Source of the DNA: an uncultured Chloracidobacterium sp.
GTDB lineage: Bacteria > Acidobacteriota > Blastocatellia > Pyrinomonadales > Pyrinomonadaceae
DNA length: 27,858 bases
Reading direction: 5' to 3'
NCBI GenBank assembly: GCA_964626895.1
Contig: CAZVHN010000354.1
Location: 1-27,858 of the forward strand
The notes under the pieces were generated by a model. It was given only the letters and a program-made list of their open reading frames with translations, did no database searches and had not been told where the DNA came from. A program made the translations under genes and the position numbers. The stretch's first letter is position 1; each line of letters begins with the position of its first letter. Positions 8,340 through 18,297 of the stretch are shown here, piece by piece.

Positions 8340-9288
8340 TCTCCTGTACGCTCACTTCCTGTACGGAGTTCGACTTGGCTGACGGCGCGTGGGCCACTCG
8401 GTCGCGTCCCTGTCGTTTGGCTTCATAGAGGGCAGCATCGGCCGCAGCCTGGAGTTCTCGTGCAGTTTGGGCCGAGGAGGGGCATTCTGCAACACCAAAA
8501 CTCGCTGCTATTTGCCCAACCATGGGTATTTGAATGCCCTTAATCGCGAGGCGAAGTCGTTCCGCCACCTCCATTGCGCCCTTCAGACTCGTCTCTGTGA
8601 GGACAATTGCGAACTCCTCGCCACCGAGGCGGGCGGCGAGATCTATACCCCGAGTGCCCTCTTGCAAGGTCTTGGCGAAACTCTTAATCGCTTCGTCACC
8701 CGCCTCATGTCCGTAGTTGTCATTAACTTGTTTGAAGTTATCGATATCGAGCATCAGGAGGCAGAATGGGTGACCATACCGCAGTGTGCGCGCAACCTCC
8801 CTTTCCAAGTGGCGTTCAAACCGACGGCGATTTGCCAGACCGGTCAGATGGTCCGTCAAAGCGTCCTCCTCGCAGGTGTCTAGATAGGCTTTGAATTCAA
8901 GCAGGGTCCGCGCCCGCGAGAGGAGCAGATCGAGATCCGTAGGATCTGTAAAGTAACCCAGCGCGCCGACTTCGGAGCCCAGTCGCTGGTCCTCAGGTCG
9001 GAACCCAGCGGCAGTCTGAAGAATTATTGGAATGAACTTGGTTTGCGGGTTCTCGCGAATCTTGCGGGCTAACTCGTAGCCGTTCATCCTGGGCATCATT
9101 ACGTCGGAGACCACCAGGTCGGGCTGAAGAGATGCAATTTCGGCTAAGCCCTCCGCGCCGTCCCTGGCCGTGCGGACTTCATATCCGGCCATGGTCAAAG
9201 CAGCTTCCAAAAGGCTAAGTTTGTCTGGGTCGTCATCGACCACTAAAACGTTGGGTTTTCCTATCATGGGCCAAAAATGCGGTACCAT
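8317..9288 (-). CDS. Response-regulator diguanylate cyclase (REC-GGDEF)
   Basis: LVVDDDPD and SDVMMP receiver motifs; TDHLTGLANRR, DIDNFKQVND, RGID-x5-GGEEF (I-site and active site). Alternative start ATG 9267. Confidence 0.95.
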   Translation of the reverse strand: MVPHFWPMIGKPNVLVVDDDPDKLSLLEAALTMAGYEVRTARDGAEGLAEIASLQPDLVVSDVMMPRMNGYELARKIRENPQTKFIPIILQTAAGFRPEDQRLGSEVGALGYFTDPTDLDLLLSRARTLLEFKAYLDTCEEDALTDHLTGLANRRRFERHLEREVARTLRYGHPFCLLMLDIDNFKQVNDNYGHEAGDEAIKSFAKTLQEGTRGIDLAARLGGEEFAIVLTETSLKGAMEVAERLRLAIKGIQIPMVGQIAASFGVAECPSSAQTARELQAAADAALYEAKRQGRDRVAHAPSAKSNSVQEVSVQEKVSGFGC

Positions 9289-9546
9289 AAATTTCTTGCT
9301 TGGCTAAAGGCTTCATGTTAGAGTGCGACGATTCAGTAATTGTCCGTTTCGCTTTTTACACGCCCAATTATTCCGATCCGAGCAATAACTGAAAGAGTTC
9401 ACGACCTCGAGCAAAGTCCCCGGGTGTTTCCTTACATTTTCAGCACAGCTACCCAACGTTCGAATCGATAGATCCGTTGCGCTGTCATTAAGTAATTTAA
9501 CCAAGGACCTTTAACTCAATCTCCAATGAGAGAGGGCAATAGAGTC

Positions 9547-10293
9547 ATGCAACCTAAGCGTGCCAATGCTCTGTCGGCCGCAGATCTCGCCACCATTATC
9601 CAGCAGCTGGATTTTGGTTCCGCGCTCAGCGATCCATTGATCTCACAGCTCGCTAGCAGCGCGGTTGTGCTTGATCTCCGTCGCCGGCGTTTCGTTTACC
9701 GGGCTGGGGATCCTGCCGACTCGCTGTATGCCATCGTCCACGGAACCATAAAGCTTTGCCGTATTGACCACGACAGTGAGCGAGAAGCTGTGATTGACAT
9801 ACTTTCAGAGGGCTCCCTCTTCGGTGAATCGGCGCTCTATTCAACAGCGGGGCGTAGGGAAAACTCCGCGGTTGCCTATGCGAACTCGCGGCTTTTGAGA
9901 ATTCCTTCGGGGGACTTTCAAAAAGAGATGGCTGAGAACCACCGACTTCATGATTACACTTTCCGCCTAATCGGTCAACGACTTGAACAGGCCGAACGGC
10001 GCCTCGCTGATTTTGCCCTCAATGCCATTCCCGCGCGCCTGGACAGGCTGCTGGCCGATTTTTCCGACCGCTACGGAGTGCCGGAACGTGAAGGGGTCTT
10101 GATCGACATCCCGCTGCCTCACCGCGAGATTGCTTCTATTGTGGGGTCCACCCGCGAGAGTGTCACCGTGCGCTTGAATGCGATGCGCCGAGAAGGCACG
10201 ATCGAATTCGTCAACCGGAGAATCCTGGTGAAGCGACCTGAATCCCTTGTGCGCGAGATTAGCCTCGCAAGCAAAGTAGCTAATCCCGCCTAG
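9547..10293 (+). CDS. Crp/Fnr-family transcriptional regulator
   Basis: cNMP-binding fold ([17 protein letters not shown]) and [19 protein letters not shown]. Start 9547 is favoured by a GAGGG RBS; 9526 is also in frame. Confidence 0.93.
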   Translation: MQPKRANALSAADLATIIQQLDFGSALSDPLISQLASSAVVLDLRRRRFVYRAGDPADSLYAIVHGTIKLCRIDHDSEREAVIDILSEGSLFGESALYSTAGRRENSAVAYANSRLLRIPSGDFQKEMAENHRLHDYTFRLIGQRLEQAERRLADFALNAIPARLDRLLADFSDRYGVPEREGVLIDIPLPHREIASIVGSTRESVTVRLNAMRREGTIEFVNRRILVKRPESLVREISLASKVANPA

Positions 10294-10303
10294 TACCAGC
10301 CCT

Positions 10304-10495
10304 ATGAAGTGCCCAACCTGCGGCAAACCTGCCGAGCGGAAAGACAATCCCTTTCGTCCCTTTTGTTCTGAGCGCTGCAAGATGGTCGACCTGGGTCGTT
10401 GGGTGAACGAAGAATATCGCGTCCCCGGTAAACCAATTCCTTCAGAGTCGCCGGATGCTCCTCACGCTCCCAAAGATTCCACTGAAGACAATTGA
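10304..10495 (+). CDS. yacG: DNA gyrase inhibitor YacG
   Basis: CPTCGK...[16 protein letters not shown] zinc-finger signature. Confidence 0.92.
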   Translation: MKCPTCGKPAERKDNPFRPFCSERCKMVDLGRWVNEEYRVPGKPIPSESPDAPHAPKDSTEDN

Positions 10496-10636
10496 TTCCT
10501 AAGCCTCCAATTCGTAGCTGTCGGACAAATACACCCGGGAATCTTGCACGGATTTGAACGCCCCTTGGCCGAAGTCCGTGCCGCTGATTCGGCTGAGTCG
10601 TGTAGAATGCTTTCACCTAATCCATTAGAAGCAAGC

Positions 10637-11242
10637 ATGTCTACATCGAATACCCGCGCTCGCAGAGCCGCCCTTTCGTTACTGGTTGTTTGTGCAGTCT
10701 TCCTCGTCACCTGCAGCCGAAAAGAATCAAGCACGACGAGCGGAGCCACGCCTGGCTTGGCTGGCCCGCCAAACACCACCTATCCAATGCCACCTTTGAT
10801 AGCTGAAGGCGCCGGCGTCGAGATGGGTTGGACCCTGGTTGACGGCCGGCGCGCGAAGTTGGCGGATTTTCGTGGCCAGGTTCTCGTTTTGGATCTCTAT
10901 GCCACGTGGTGCGCCCCTTGTCGCAAGAGCATCCCACATCTTAGCGAACTACAGCGCCGTTCCAGCACCCATGGTTTGCAAGTCGTGGGACTTAACGTAG
11001 GCGGACCGGACGATCGCGTGAAGGTGGCGGCTTTCGCGGCCGAGTTCAATATTCCATATCCACTCGGCTTTCCCGACAAGCCTCTGAGCGATCTCTTTCT
11101 TTCTGACAACGATAGCATTCCGCAAACTTTTGTATTCGATCGCGGTGGACAACTCGTAAGAAGATTCATAGGCTACGACGACTCCATGCCTAAAGAGTTG
11201 GAGCAGGTCATACAGTCCGCGCTCATGGCTGGTTCGAAGTGA
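10637..11242 (+). CDS. TlpA/ResA-like thioredoxin-fold lipoprotein
   Basis: Lipobox-like FLVTC after a signal peptide; LYATWCAPC redox motif; IPQTFVFDRGG cis-Pro loop. Start ATG 10637 chosen. Confidence 0.9.
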   Translation: MSTSNTRARRAALSLLVVCAVFLVTCSRKESSTTSGATPGLAGPPNTTYPMPPLIAEGAGVEMGWTLVDGRRAKLADFRGQVLVLDLYATWCAPCRKSIPHLSELQRRSSTHGLQVVGLNVGGPDDRVKVAAFAAEFNIPYPLGFPDKPLSDLFLSDNDSIPQTFVFDRGGQLVRRFIGYDDSMPKELEQVIQSALMAGSK

Positions 11243-11251
11243 GACACGCGT

Positions 11252-11848
11252 ATGAACTTTGAGTTCGAGTTCTGGCCGGTACTTGCGACTGCGGTAGTGA
11301 TACTCTGCTGGTTCGCGTTTGCCGGAATCTTTCTCTTCCGCAAAACGCCCAAGGAGGCGCCAGAACAGAAGCGAGATAGCAAGTCGATTGTCGGATTGGT
11401 CCTTCAAGCCCTTTCCTATGCGGTCGTGGGTTTATTCCACCGCGCTCCATTCACGCCGATCAGCTCAGGAAGTAGAGCGGCGGCCGTTTCGCTCAGCCTG
11501 GCGGCCATGTTGGCTGCGGTTGTTTCAATTTCGATCGTCAAGGCTGCCGTGAAGACGTTGGGTAAAGAATGGAGTGTTACTGCGCGAGTTGTGCAAGGTC
11601 ACAAGTTGGCGACGGACGGTCCCTACCGTTTTGTGCGCCATCCGATCTACAGTGGCATGCTCGGAATGTTACTGGCCACCGGGCTGGTAATCAGCCATTG
11701 GCTGGCTTTGATTGCAGCAATCGTGATCTATTTTATTGGGACTGTGAACCGCATAAAAAGCGAAGAGCGCCTCTTACGAGAAGCGTTGGGTCCGGAGTTT
11801 GAGTCTTACGCGCGCGGTGTGCCGGCATTAGTTCCCGGACTGTTCTAG
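11252..11848 (+). CDS. Isoprenylcysteine carboxyl methyltransferase (ICMT/PEMT) family membrane protein
   Basis: HKLATDGPYRFVRHPIYSG and RIKSEERLL motifs; TM helices. Confidence 0.9.
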   Translation: MNFEFEFWPVLATAVVILCWFAFAGIFLFRKTPKEAPEQKRDSKSIVGLVLQALSYAVVGLFHRAPFTPISSGSRAAAVSLSLAAMLAAVVSISIVKAAVKTLGKEWSVTARVVQGHKLATDGPYRFVRHPIYSGMLGMLLATGLVISHWLALIAAIVIYFIGTVNRIKSEERLLREALGPEFESYARGVPALVPGLF

Positions 11849-11871
11849 AGAAGGCAAAGGGGCATTCAAGC

Positions 11872-13314
11872 ATGAAGCGAGCAAAAATTCTGGCGACTCT
11901 TGGACCGGCATCGCGAGACCCGGCCGTAATGGAGGCATTGATCGCCTCGGGCGCAAACGGTTTCCGCATTAATATGTCCCATGGCACGCGTGAGGAGAAA
12001 GCAGAGGATATTCGGAGAGCGCGCGCTGCAGCGTTGAGGCTTCAACGGCCACTCTCCGTGCTTGTGGATCTCTCCGGACCAAAGATTCGTACTCGTCAAC
12101 TCAAGGATGGCAAACCCGTTACGCTTGAGACGGGAGCGCTTTTCAGACTCACAACGCGGCCGGTGGTCGGCGACGCTATCCAAGTGGCAACAAACTATAC
12201 GGATCTTCCGCGGGTAGTGCAGCCGGGTGCCCGGCTTCTGCTCGACGATGGCGCGATAGCGCTGTTGGTTGAGGATACAACTGAAACCGAAGTTATTTGC
12301 CGCGTAATCAATGGTGGCGTACTGGGTGAGCGCAAAGGCATAAACTTGCCTGGCATCTCTTTGCCGATCGCGTCACTAACGGAAAAGGACATTGAGGATC
12401 TCCACTGGGCAGTGGCGCAAGATGTCGATTACATCGCGCTGTCTTTTGTACGCCGGGCTGAGGATTGCGTTCAGGCTAAGAGTCTGATCAACAAGGCGGG
12501 TGGGCGCGCCCCTCTGGTGGCGAAGATCGAGAAGGCCGAGGCGATTGATCATCTGGACGACATCATTGCCGCCGCCGATGCGATCATGGTGGCGCGAGGC
12601 GATCTCGGTGTGGAAACCAGCGTCGAACTCGTTCCGGTCTATCAAAAACGCATTATTGAAAAGTCAGTCCACGCCGGAAAGATGGTGATTACTGCGACTC
12701 AAATGCTGCAATCGATGGTGACCAGCCCCCGGCCAACTCGCGCCGAGGCCTCTGATGTGGCCAATGCAGTCTGGGATGGTACCGACGCGCTCATGCTGTC
12801 TAACGAGACTGCGACCGGCCAGTATCCCGTGCCCGCGATCGAAACGATGGGTCGCATTATCGAATCGGCCGAGTCGGTGAAGAACTCCGAATCAAATAAC
12901 GTGGCGAAGTGGGCCGGCAGACAGTCTGGGAAGGTTAGCCGGGCCCTTTGTGAAGCTGCAGCATTTGCAGCGGAGGAGATGGGGACCAGGGTGACGGCAG
13001 TCGTGACAGAATCGGGACTGATGGCCCGCAGGCTCTCTGCTCTGCGACCTGACCAGCGAATCGTGGCGCTGACAAGCTCTCGCAATGTACAGAACGAGCT
13101 TTCTCTGATTTGGGGAGTGGAGGCATTGATAACCCCACCTGCAAAGTCAACCGAAGAGATGCTGAAGTCCGGCGAGAAAACTCTGCTTGACGCCGGTGCA
13201 GTAGAGAAAGGCGAGATGATCGTCGTGATGGCCGGCCGGCTATCTGGCCTTGGACTATCCAGCTCGGTCACCCTTTTCACTGTCGGGGCCAGCCTTTCAC
13301 CGAGCAGCACGTGA
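11872..13314 (+). CDS. pyk: Pyruvate kinase
   Basis: KILATLGPAS, RINMSHG, DLSGPKIR, AKIEK, MVARGDLGVE, ATQML and PTRAEASDVANA motifs. Confidence 0.98.
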   Translation: MKRAKILATLGPASRDPAVMEALIASGANGFRINMSHGTREEKAEDIRRARAAALRLQRPLSVLVDLSGPKIRTRQLKDGKPVTLETGALFRLTTRPVVGDAIQVATNYTDLPRVVQPGARLLLDDGAIALLVEDTTETEVICRVINGGVLGERKGINLPGISLPIASLTEKDIEDLHWAVAQDVDYIALSFVRRAEDCVQAKSLINKAGGRAPLVAKIEKAEAIDHLDDIIAAADAIMVARGDLGVETSVELVPVYQKRIIEKSVHAGKMVITATQMLQSMVTSPRPTRAEASDVANAVWDGTDALMLSNETATGQYPVPAIETMGRIIESAESVKNSESNNVAKWAGRQSGKVSRALCEAAAFAAEEMGTRVTAVVTESGLMARRLSALRPDQRIVALTSSRNVQNELSLIWGVEALITPPAKSTEEMLKSGEKTLLDAGAVEKGEMIVVMAGRLSGLGLSSSVTLFTVGASLSPSST

Positions 13315-14051
13315 GCTTTAAGTTCGACATTTCTGCCGGCGAGTTCTTTGAGTTAATACGACCGGCAGCACTCGTGCTCTCCGCGCTCGCATCGATCTGG
13401 GTGCTGACCAGTGCGCGCCGCCATCGCTTTCTCAATTACGTCGCAATCGGATGGGCTCTCGGAACGCTCTTCTTTCCGCTAATCACACTTCCGCTCTACC
13501 TGATCGCACGATTCATTCGACAGCGAAGCGAACAGCCACACGAGGGACCCGTAGGGCGGAAAACATACCGTTCATCGCCCGCGCCGCGCTGGTCAGTGGC
13601 CATACCTCTGGCTTACGCCACGGTCGTCCTTTCCGCAATTGGCTTCTATCTATACTGGGATCATCAGAGTGTTGATGGTCACCTGGCGCGCGCTGCCCAG
13701 GCAAAGGTCAGTGGACAACGAGGCGGAACAATTGACGAATACCGCGCGGCGTTAAAGCTTGAAGACAACCCTCATACGAGGAAGTTGCTGGCAATGGAAC
13801 TTGCCGATACTGGTGACTGGACCGGGGCGCTGTTCGAACTTCGAAAGGCGGAACAAGGCGGCGAGACCGATGACCGAATGGCTTTTTACATCGCGACTTT
13901 GCTTGATTCACTCAACTTGCCGAACCAGGCAACACTCGAATACCAACGATTCCTCGAAAGCAGAGTATGCACTCAACCGTTACCGGATGAGCGCTGTGCA
14001 GGGGCGAGCGCACGAGTTCAAGCGGCTCAGGCTGCAAGTCGCCCCAGGTAG
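13311..14051 (+). CDS. Hypothetical membrane protein with C-terminal TPR-like helical domain
   Basis: GTG start overlaps the pyk TGA (GTGA); three hydrophobic segments, then helical repeats. Confidence 0.7.
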   Translation: MSFKFDISAGEFFELIRPAALVLSALASIWVLTSARRHRFLNYVAIGWALGTLFFPLITLPLYLIARFIRQRSEQPHEGPVGRKTYRSSPAPRWSVAIPLAYATVVLSAIGFYLYWDHQSVDGHLARAAQAKVSGQRGGTIDEYRAALKLEDNPHTRKLLAMELADTGDWTGALFELRKAEQGGETDDRMAFYIATLLDSLNLPNQATLEYQRFLESRVCTQPLPDERCAGASARVQAAQAASRPR

Positions 14052-14113
14052 GGTCGTTGGGAGGTTTGCTTTCTGGCTAGTTCAGAGTGAGCGTTCTGTA
14101 GGACCCGCCGAAC

Positions 14114-15130
14114 TTACTCCACGCGTATCATCTCACCAACAGTTTCTTTCTTTTCCTGCTCTGCAGCCATCTGCGCAGGTGTCTTCTGAGGATCCCGCCA
14201 GTTGTCGAGAATGCCAACCTGGTGAACGCATTGGAGTGTGCAGGTCGGCGCGCACCACTTTTCAGTGTTGTACTCCCGATCGAAATCTTCCATCGTGTAC
14301 TCCTCGAGCGGGATACCGGGGTAGCCTCGCTGTTGCGAGCACCAATGGACCAGACCTTCTTCGCAAATGTAAAGATAGCGTGCGCCGGCGCGGCAACGCC
14401 AGTTGTAAGGCTTGCCTTCGGCAATGCTGTCCTGAAACCAATTCAGCCGGGCGTGGTCTTTGTTGCCGACTTTCTTGACCTGCTGGAAAATGTCTTTTTC
14501 TTTGGGCGAGAGTGGCTTCAGAGTTCCATCGTTATCATGAATTACTCCCACCGTGGTTGAGAATCCCAGCTCCACAGCGCGGCGCGCAACCGTGAGTGCG
14601 TCTTCGGGATTCTTAATGCCACCACCGATTACGGAATTGATGTTGACGTGAAAGTCCGCATGCTCAGCCAGGTAACCCAGTTTCTTATCCAGTACTCGCA
14701 GGCTCTTTCGCGAAACCTCATCCGGATCGACGTTGTCGATACTTATCTGAAGGTACTCAAGTCCCGCTTTGTTTAGCCTCTTGATTCGTTCCGGAGTGAA
14801 GTAGTAGCCATTCGAGATCAATCCAGCAATCATTCCGCGAAGGCGAATGTGATGCACAATCTCGTCGAGTTCCGGGTGCATCATGGGCTCGCCGCCCGAG
14901 ATAGTGATGATCGAGGTGCCCAGCGCAGCTAGCTTGTCGACGCGGCGTTTGATTACGTCTACAGGTACAGGCGACGATGAGTGATCGTACTCATTACAAT
15001 AACCGCACGCCAGGTTGCACCTGCGCATGGGAATGAGGTGAGCGAGAACAGGATGACGGCTCGAGAGCAGACCCCGGCTAATAAAGCTTGCCTCTCGCAG
15101 TTTAAGCTTAAGAAACTTGGTTTTTCTCAT
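14114..15130 (-). CDS. Radical SAM protein with C-terminal Cys-rich (SPASM/twitch-like) extension
   Basis: CNLACGYC motif, [11 protein letters not shown]-terminal [19 protein letters not shown]. Confidence 0.9.
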   Translation of the reverse strand: MRKTKFLKLKLREASFISRGLLSSRHPVLAHLIPMRRCNLACGYCNEYDHSSSPVPVDVIKRRVDKLAALGTSIITISGGEPMMHPELDEIVHHIRLRGMIAGLISNGYYFTPERIKRLNKAGLEYLQISIDNVDPDEVSRKSLRVLDKKLGYLAEHADFHVNINSVIGGGIKNPEDALTVARRAVELGFSTTVGVIHDNDGTLKPLSPKEKDIFQQVKKVGNKDHARLNWFQDSIAEGKPYNWRCRAGARYLYICEEGLVHWCSQQRGYPGIPLEEYTMEDFDREYNTEKWCAPTCTLQCVHQVGILDNWRDPQKTPAQMAAEQEKKETVGEMIRVE

Positions 15131-15262
15131 CTTCCGGCGTGCCTAAGTCGGGCCTTGTAGGCCAACATATAGTGCGGGGTTAAAGATTGGAACTCGAAGA
15201 ATATGCGACGAATGCGGAATAACGCAAGCAGCGCCTGACCTGATTCCTACCCAAATACATAA

Positions 15263-15291
15263 GGGGCTCTGGTCTTTCACGACAGAGCCCC
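15263..15291 (-). terminator. Probable intrinsic terminator after the LolA-like gene
   Basis: GGGGCTCTG/CAGAGCCCC 9-bp stem followed on the minus strand by TTATGTATTT. Confidence 0.5.
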
Positions 15292-15317
15292 CAGGCTTTA
15301 ACCTCTGCGACTAAATC

Positions 15318-16016
15318 TTAGCCTTTTACAATCCTGACGTTCGAATCGAGCTTGACGTTAAACTCGTCGCCCGAGATCCTCACGTTCTTTTCCATCCCAG
15401 TCAGGCGCATCGTTGTCGCGTCGTCGTTCTTTTCGACAATCTTTGTCTGCACCGGCATGCCCGAAGAATCAACCCAGATCTCAGCATACTTAAAGCTCGC
15501 GTTACTCTTGGGCACCAGCTTCAGGTGAATCGTACTAATACCACCCCAGAGGGTTTCCTCGCGTACGTCTTGCACGGGCTGGAACCGAGCCTCAAGCTGC
15601 TGCCTGGACATGTACATCATTTCCAGGATTCCGCCAGCCTTATTCCGATTCGATTTCGAGTTGCCGACATACGCCATATTCAGGCGTGGCCGGAAAAGAG
15701 TGTACTTTCCATTATTAACCGCGAGAATCTCGTGCTGTGGGCTGCGCCACTCGATTCGCACGGCTGCTTCCCGGCCACTCAACGGCAGGTACACGACAGT
15801 TCCGTTGTACTGCTCGGCATCACGAAGTTGAGCGTTGTATTTCTCCATGCTAATTCCGGCACGAAGCGATTTCAGGCTTTGCCGGTTGCGCTCCATTCGG
15901 TTCAGCACCGAGCTCACGAGGCCGGCACTCTGCCCGTATGCCTCTCCAGAGAAACCAGGCGTTAGGGTCACTGCCACAAGCAGAATCGCGAGAACCAGGG
16001 GAACAAATCTCTTCAT
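15318..16016 (-). CDS. LolA-like outer-membrane lipoprotein-sorting/carrier protein
   Basis: ATG 16016 with AGGAG RBS, signal peptide, then a beta-rich LolA-like pattern (ILAVNNGKYTLFRP, AEIWVDSSGMPVQTKIVE). Confidence 0.75.
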   Translation of the reverse strand: MKRFVPLVLAILLVAVTLTPGFSGEAYGQSAGLVSSVLNRMERNRQSLKSLRAGISMEKYNAQLRDAEQYNGTVVYLPLSGREAAVRIEWRSPQHEILAVNNGKYTLFRPRLNMAYVGNSKSNRNKAGGILEMMYMSRQQLEARFQPVQDVREETLWGGISTIHLKLVPKSNASFKYAEIWVDSSGMPVQTKIVEKNDDATTMRLTGMEKNVRISGDEFNVKLDSNVRIVKG

Positions 16017-16080
16017 AAGAACTCCTAAAATGATGACTCTTCTCATGAGTCCGAAAAAACCCAGCGATTATAGGGGATGA

Positions 16081-16419
16081 CTAGCGTATGTCAACCTGAT
16101 AGCCGACCGTCTTCCCGTCCTTATCAAGAACTTTTCGTACCGCAACAATCTGGCCATCGCTTCGTCCGCTAAGGGTTCTTACGCGCTGCTCCAAATGCGA
16201 GCTATCCAATTCATTATCAACAACTTCCGCGCCAAGCAGCACTGTTGTTGTCGCCGGGCTTTGATGCCCGCGGGCGGCCCGCCGTTCGCTGCCTTCGAAC
16301 CAACTTTTTGGCGTCAAAAAAATAAATACCAAGATCAAGACACATAAGATATCCCACTGCCATGTATCTCTGGCATAGTTCCAAAGGAACATCTTCTTGA
16401 TTGTGCTGAGCAAAAACAC
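16081..16419 (-). CDS. Small single-TM hypothetical protein
   Basis: 112-aa ORF with W-rich N-terminus (YARDTWQWDIL), TM segment CVLILVFIFL and a short soluble domain ending YQVDIR. Confidence 0.7.
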   Translation of the reverse strand: MFLLSTIKKMFLWNYARDTWQWDILCVLILVFIFLTPKSWFEGSERRAARGHQSPATTTVLLGAEVVDNELDSSHLEQRVRTLSGRSDGQIVAVRKVLDKDGKTVGYQVDIR

Positions 16420-16587
16420 CTCTGGTGCTTTCCGATGCGGATCCTAGCAAATTTCACGCCGGGCAGGCAGGATGACCATCACGAGTCTAACCTGCTACGA
16501 ATTCCGTGTAAATAAGCTTAATTAAGTGCAGGTGTGATTAACTGCAAACGAAGTCCGTCTGACCTGCGCCCGGCAGATCTGCCGGAA

Positions 16588-18084
16588 TTAGCGGACTACT
16601 TCTATGCGGTCGCCGGGCTGCAGTCGTGGATCCTGAATCTTGCCCGCCTTGATCTCTTTCAATTTGAATGTAGTGGTAGCCAGCCGATCCTGGACCTCGC
16701 GCGATATCTCGACTTTGTCACCCTGGCGCATAACACCGCCGGCGGCAAGGATCGCTTGCAGCAAAGTAACACCTGGCTGAAACACCTTCTGCCCGGGATA
16801 GGTGATGCGGCCAGCTATGTAATAGAACTCTTGGGGCCTGGCGGTAATGCTAATCATGTCGCCGGGCCGGATTAGGAAGTTGAGCGCGGCAGGATCGCTT
16901 AGATCCATCGTTAGTCCTGCGCCGCCTGGGCGCATTATCACTGCCCGGCCAGCGTCTAACCGCGCCTGCGCTTCAGCCATGAGGACATAAAGGGGAACGG
17001 CTTCACGTCTGAGAAACTTGGTGCCCGGATTGTTAACTAGGCCGGTAATAATCACGCTGTGGCTCGCGTACTGCCGCACACCAACCGAAACGCGGGCACC
17101 TTCTTCAATCGCGCGGCGTTTGAGTTCCGCGGTGACAAGAGCCTGGATTACATCCGTCGTAAGGCCTGCTACGGTTATTGGTCCACCGGCAATGGCAAGG
17201 TCTATCAAGCCGCCATCAATCACAGTGTACAGAGTAGATCTAGTTGTAGATGAATTGAGCACACGTATATCGAGCACATCACCGACGCCTACTCTATAGA
17301 TGCCGGTCAAAGCCGCTGTGTCTTCGGTGGCCGCAGGGGGATCACTCACAATCGGCGCAGTATCTTTGATTGATGGCGCAAGGCTGGCAGATACACTTTG
17401 AGATTCGGCATTAGTTGTGGGGACTTGATTCGAATCACCCACCGTCGCGCTCGTGGTTTCTTTGCCCGGCGCTGCGGCGTGAACTAATTCAGTCTGTGTC
17501 AGCGACAAGTCACTAGCCGTCACACCCTCAGCAAGGGTTGCTTGATTGTCGTCTTTGATGATGCGAGAGAGAGAGTTTGCCAACGGAGATTCGAGTCTCA
17601 GGAGATTGTTGTACGCTTTTACTGACTCGCTCCTCCTTCCAAGCACATAGGAGATAACCCCCAACCTGAAGTGGGCCTGGGGCCAGTCAGGCCAAAACCG
17701 TATGGCACGCTTGAATGACTCGAAAGACTCTTTATAGGCCTTTGATTTGGAATAAGCCATTCCCAGCATGTAGTGAGTCTGAGGATCGTCTGGCTGGAGT
17801 TTGGTTGCCTGTTTGAAGGCCTCGATCGCCTCTTCGAGCTTGCCCGAGGCGTAAAGCCCAGTGCCTGACTCGTAATACTTCTGAGCTGTCAGAGAGCTTG
17901 CACCGGGTGTTTTCTCCGAGGCCAAGCCAGTAGATTCGGTGTTCTCCCGCGCGGTTGGGGCGTTGGTTGCGGAATTCGCAACAGCTCTTGGGACTTGAGA
18001 ACTGTTGCCGATCTGCCCAGCAACGACCCTGAATGAGGCTAGAACGAGTATTAATAAAACGGCTGTGGGGGTTACTTTCTTCAT
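16588..18084 (-). CDS. TPR-containing polysaccharide export family protein (Poly_export plus SLBB domains)
   Basis: Signal peptide, 3-4 TPRs, Ser/Thr/Ala linker, YRVGVGDVLDIRV Poly_export motif, two SLBB repeats (ITYPG..TLLQAILAAGG; LQPGDRIEV). Confidence 0.85.
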   Translation of the reverse strand: MKKVTPTAVLLILVLASFRVVAGQIGNSSQVPRAVANSATNAPTARENTESTGLASEKTPGASSLTAQKYYESGTGLYASGKLEEAIEAFKQATKLQPDDPQTHYMLGMAYSKSKAYKESFESFKRAIRFWPDWPQAHFRLGVISYVLGRRSESVKAYNNLLRLESPLANSLSRIIKDDNQATLAEGVTASDLSLTQTELVHAAAPGKETTSATVGDSNQVPTTNAESQSVSASLAPSIKDTAPIVSDPPAATEDTAALTGIYRVGVGDVLDIRVLNSSTTRSTLYTVIDGGLIDLAIAGGPITVAGLTTDVIQALVTAELKRRAIEEGARVSVGVRQYASHSVIITGLVNNPGTKFLRREAVPLYVLMAEAQARLDAGRAVIMRPGGAGLTMDLSDPAALNFLIRPGDMISITARPQEFYYIAGRITYPGQKVFQPGVTLLQAILAAGGVMRQGDKVEISREVQDRLATTTFKLKEIKAGKIQDPRLQPGDRIEVVR

Positions 18085-18297
18085 AGCGGCTACCGAGCAA
18101 GTTCGACTTTGACGCGTGTCTTTAGGAATGTGTTAGTGCGGAGCCATTGCTTAGCCGGCGAAATTATACACCAACTCCAACAAAGGTTAAGCCCCGCCCA
18201 GCCTTAAATAGCTTCTACCCTGAATAACAACAAAATCACCAATTGGGCAGCTTTTCCGGCTTGCACGTCCGGGCGGCTCAACAAAGAGTGGGGCCTT

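Noticed and set aside
9290-9546. Crp-type TGTGA-N6-TCACA autoregulatory site
   Set aside because: No convincing match found by eye in the divergent promoter region.
13759-14478. 239-aa plus-strand ORF
   Set aside because: Overlaps two better-supported genes; composition not protein-like.
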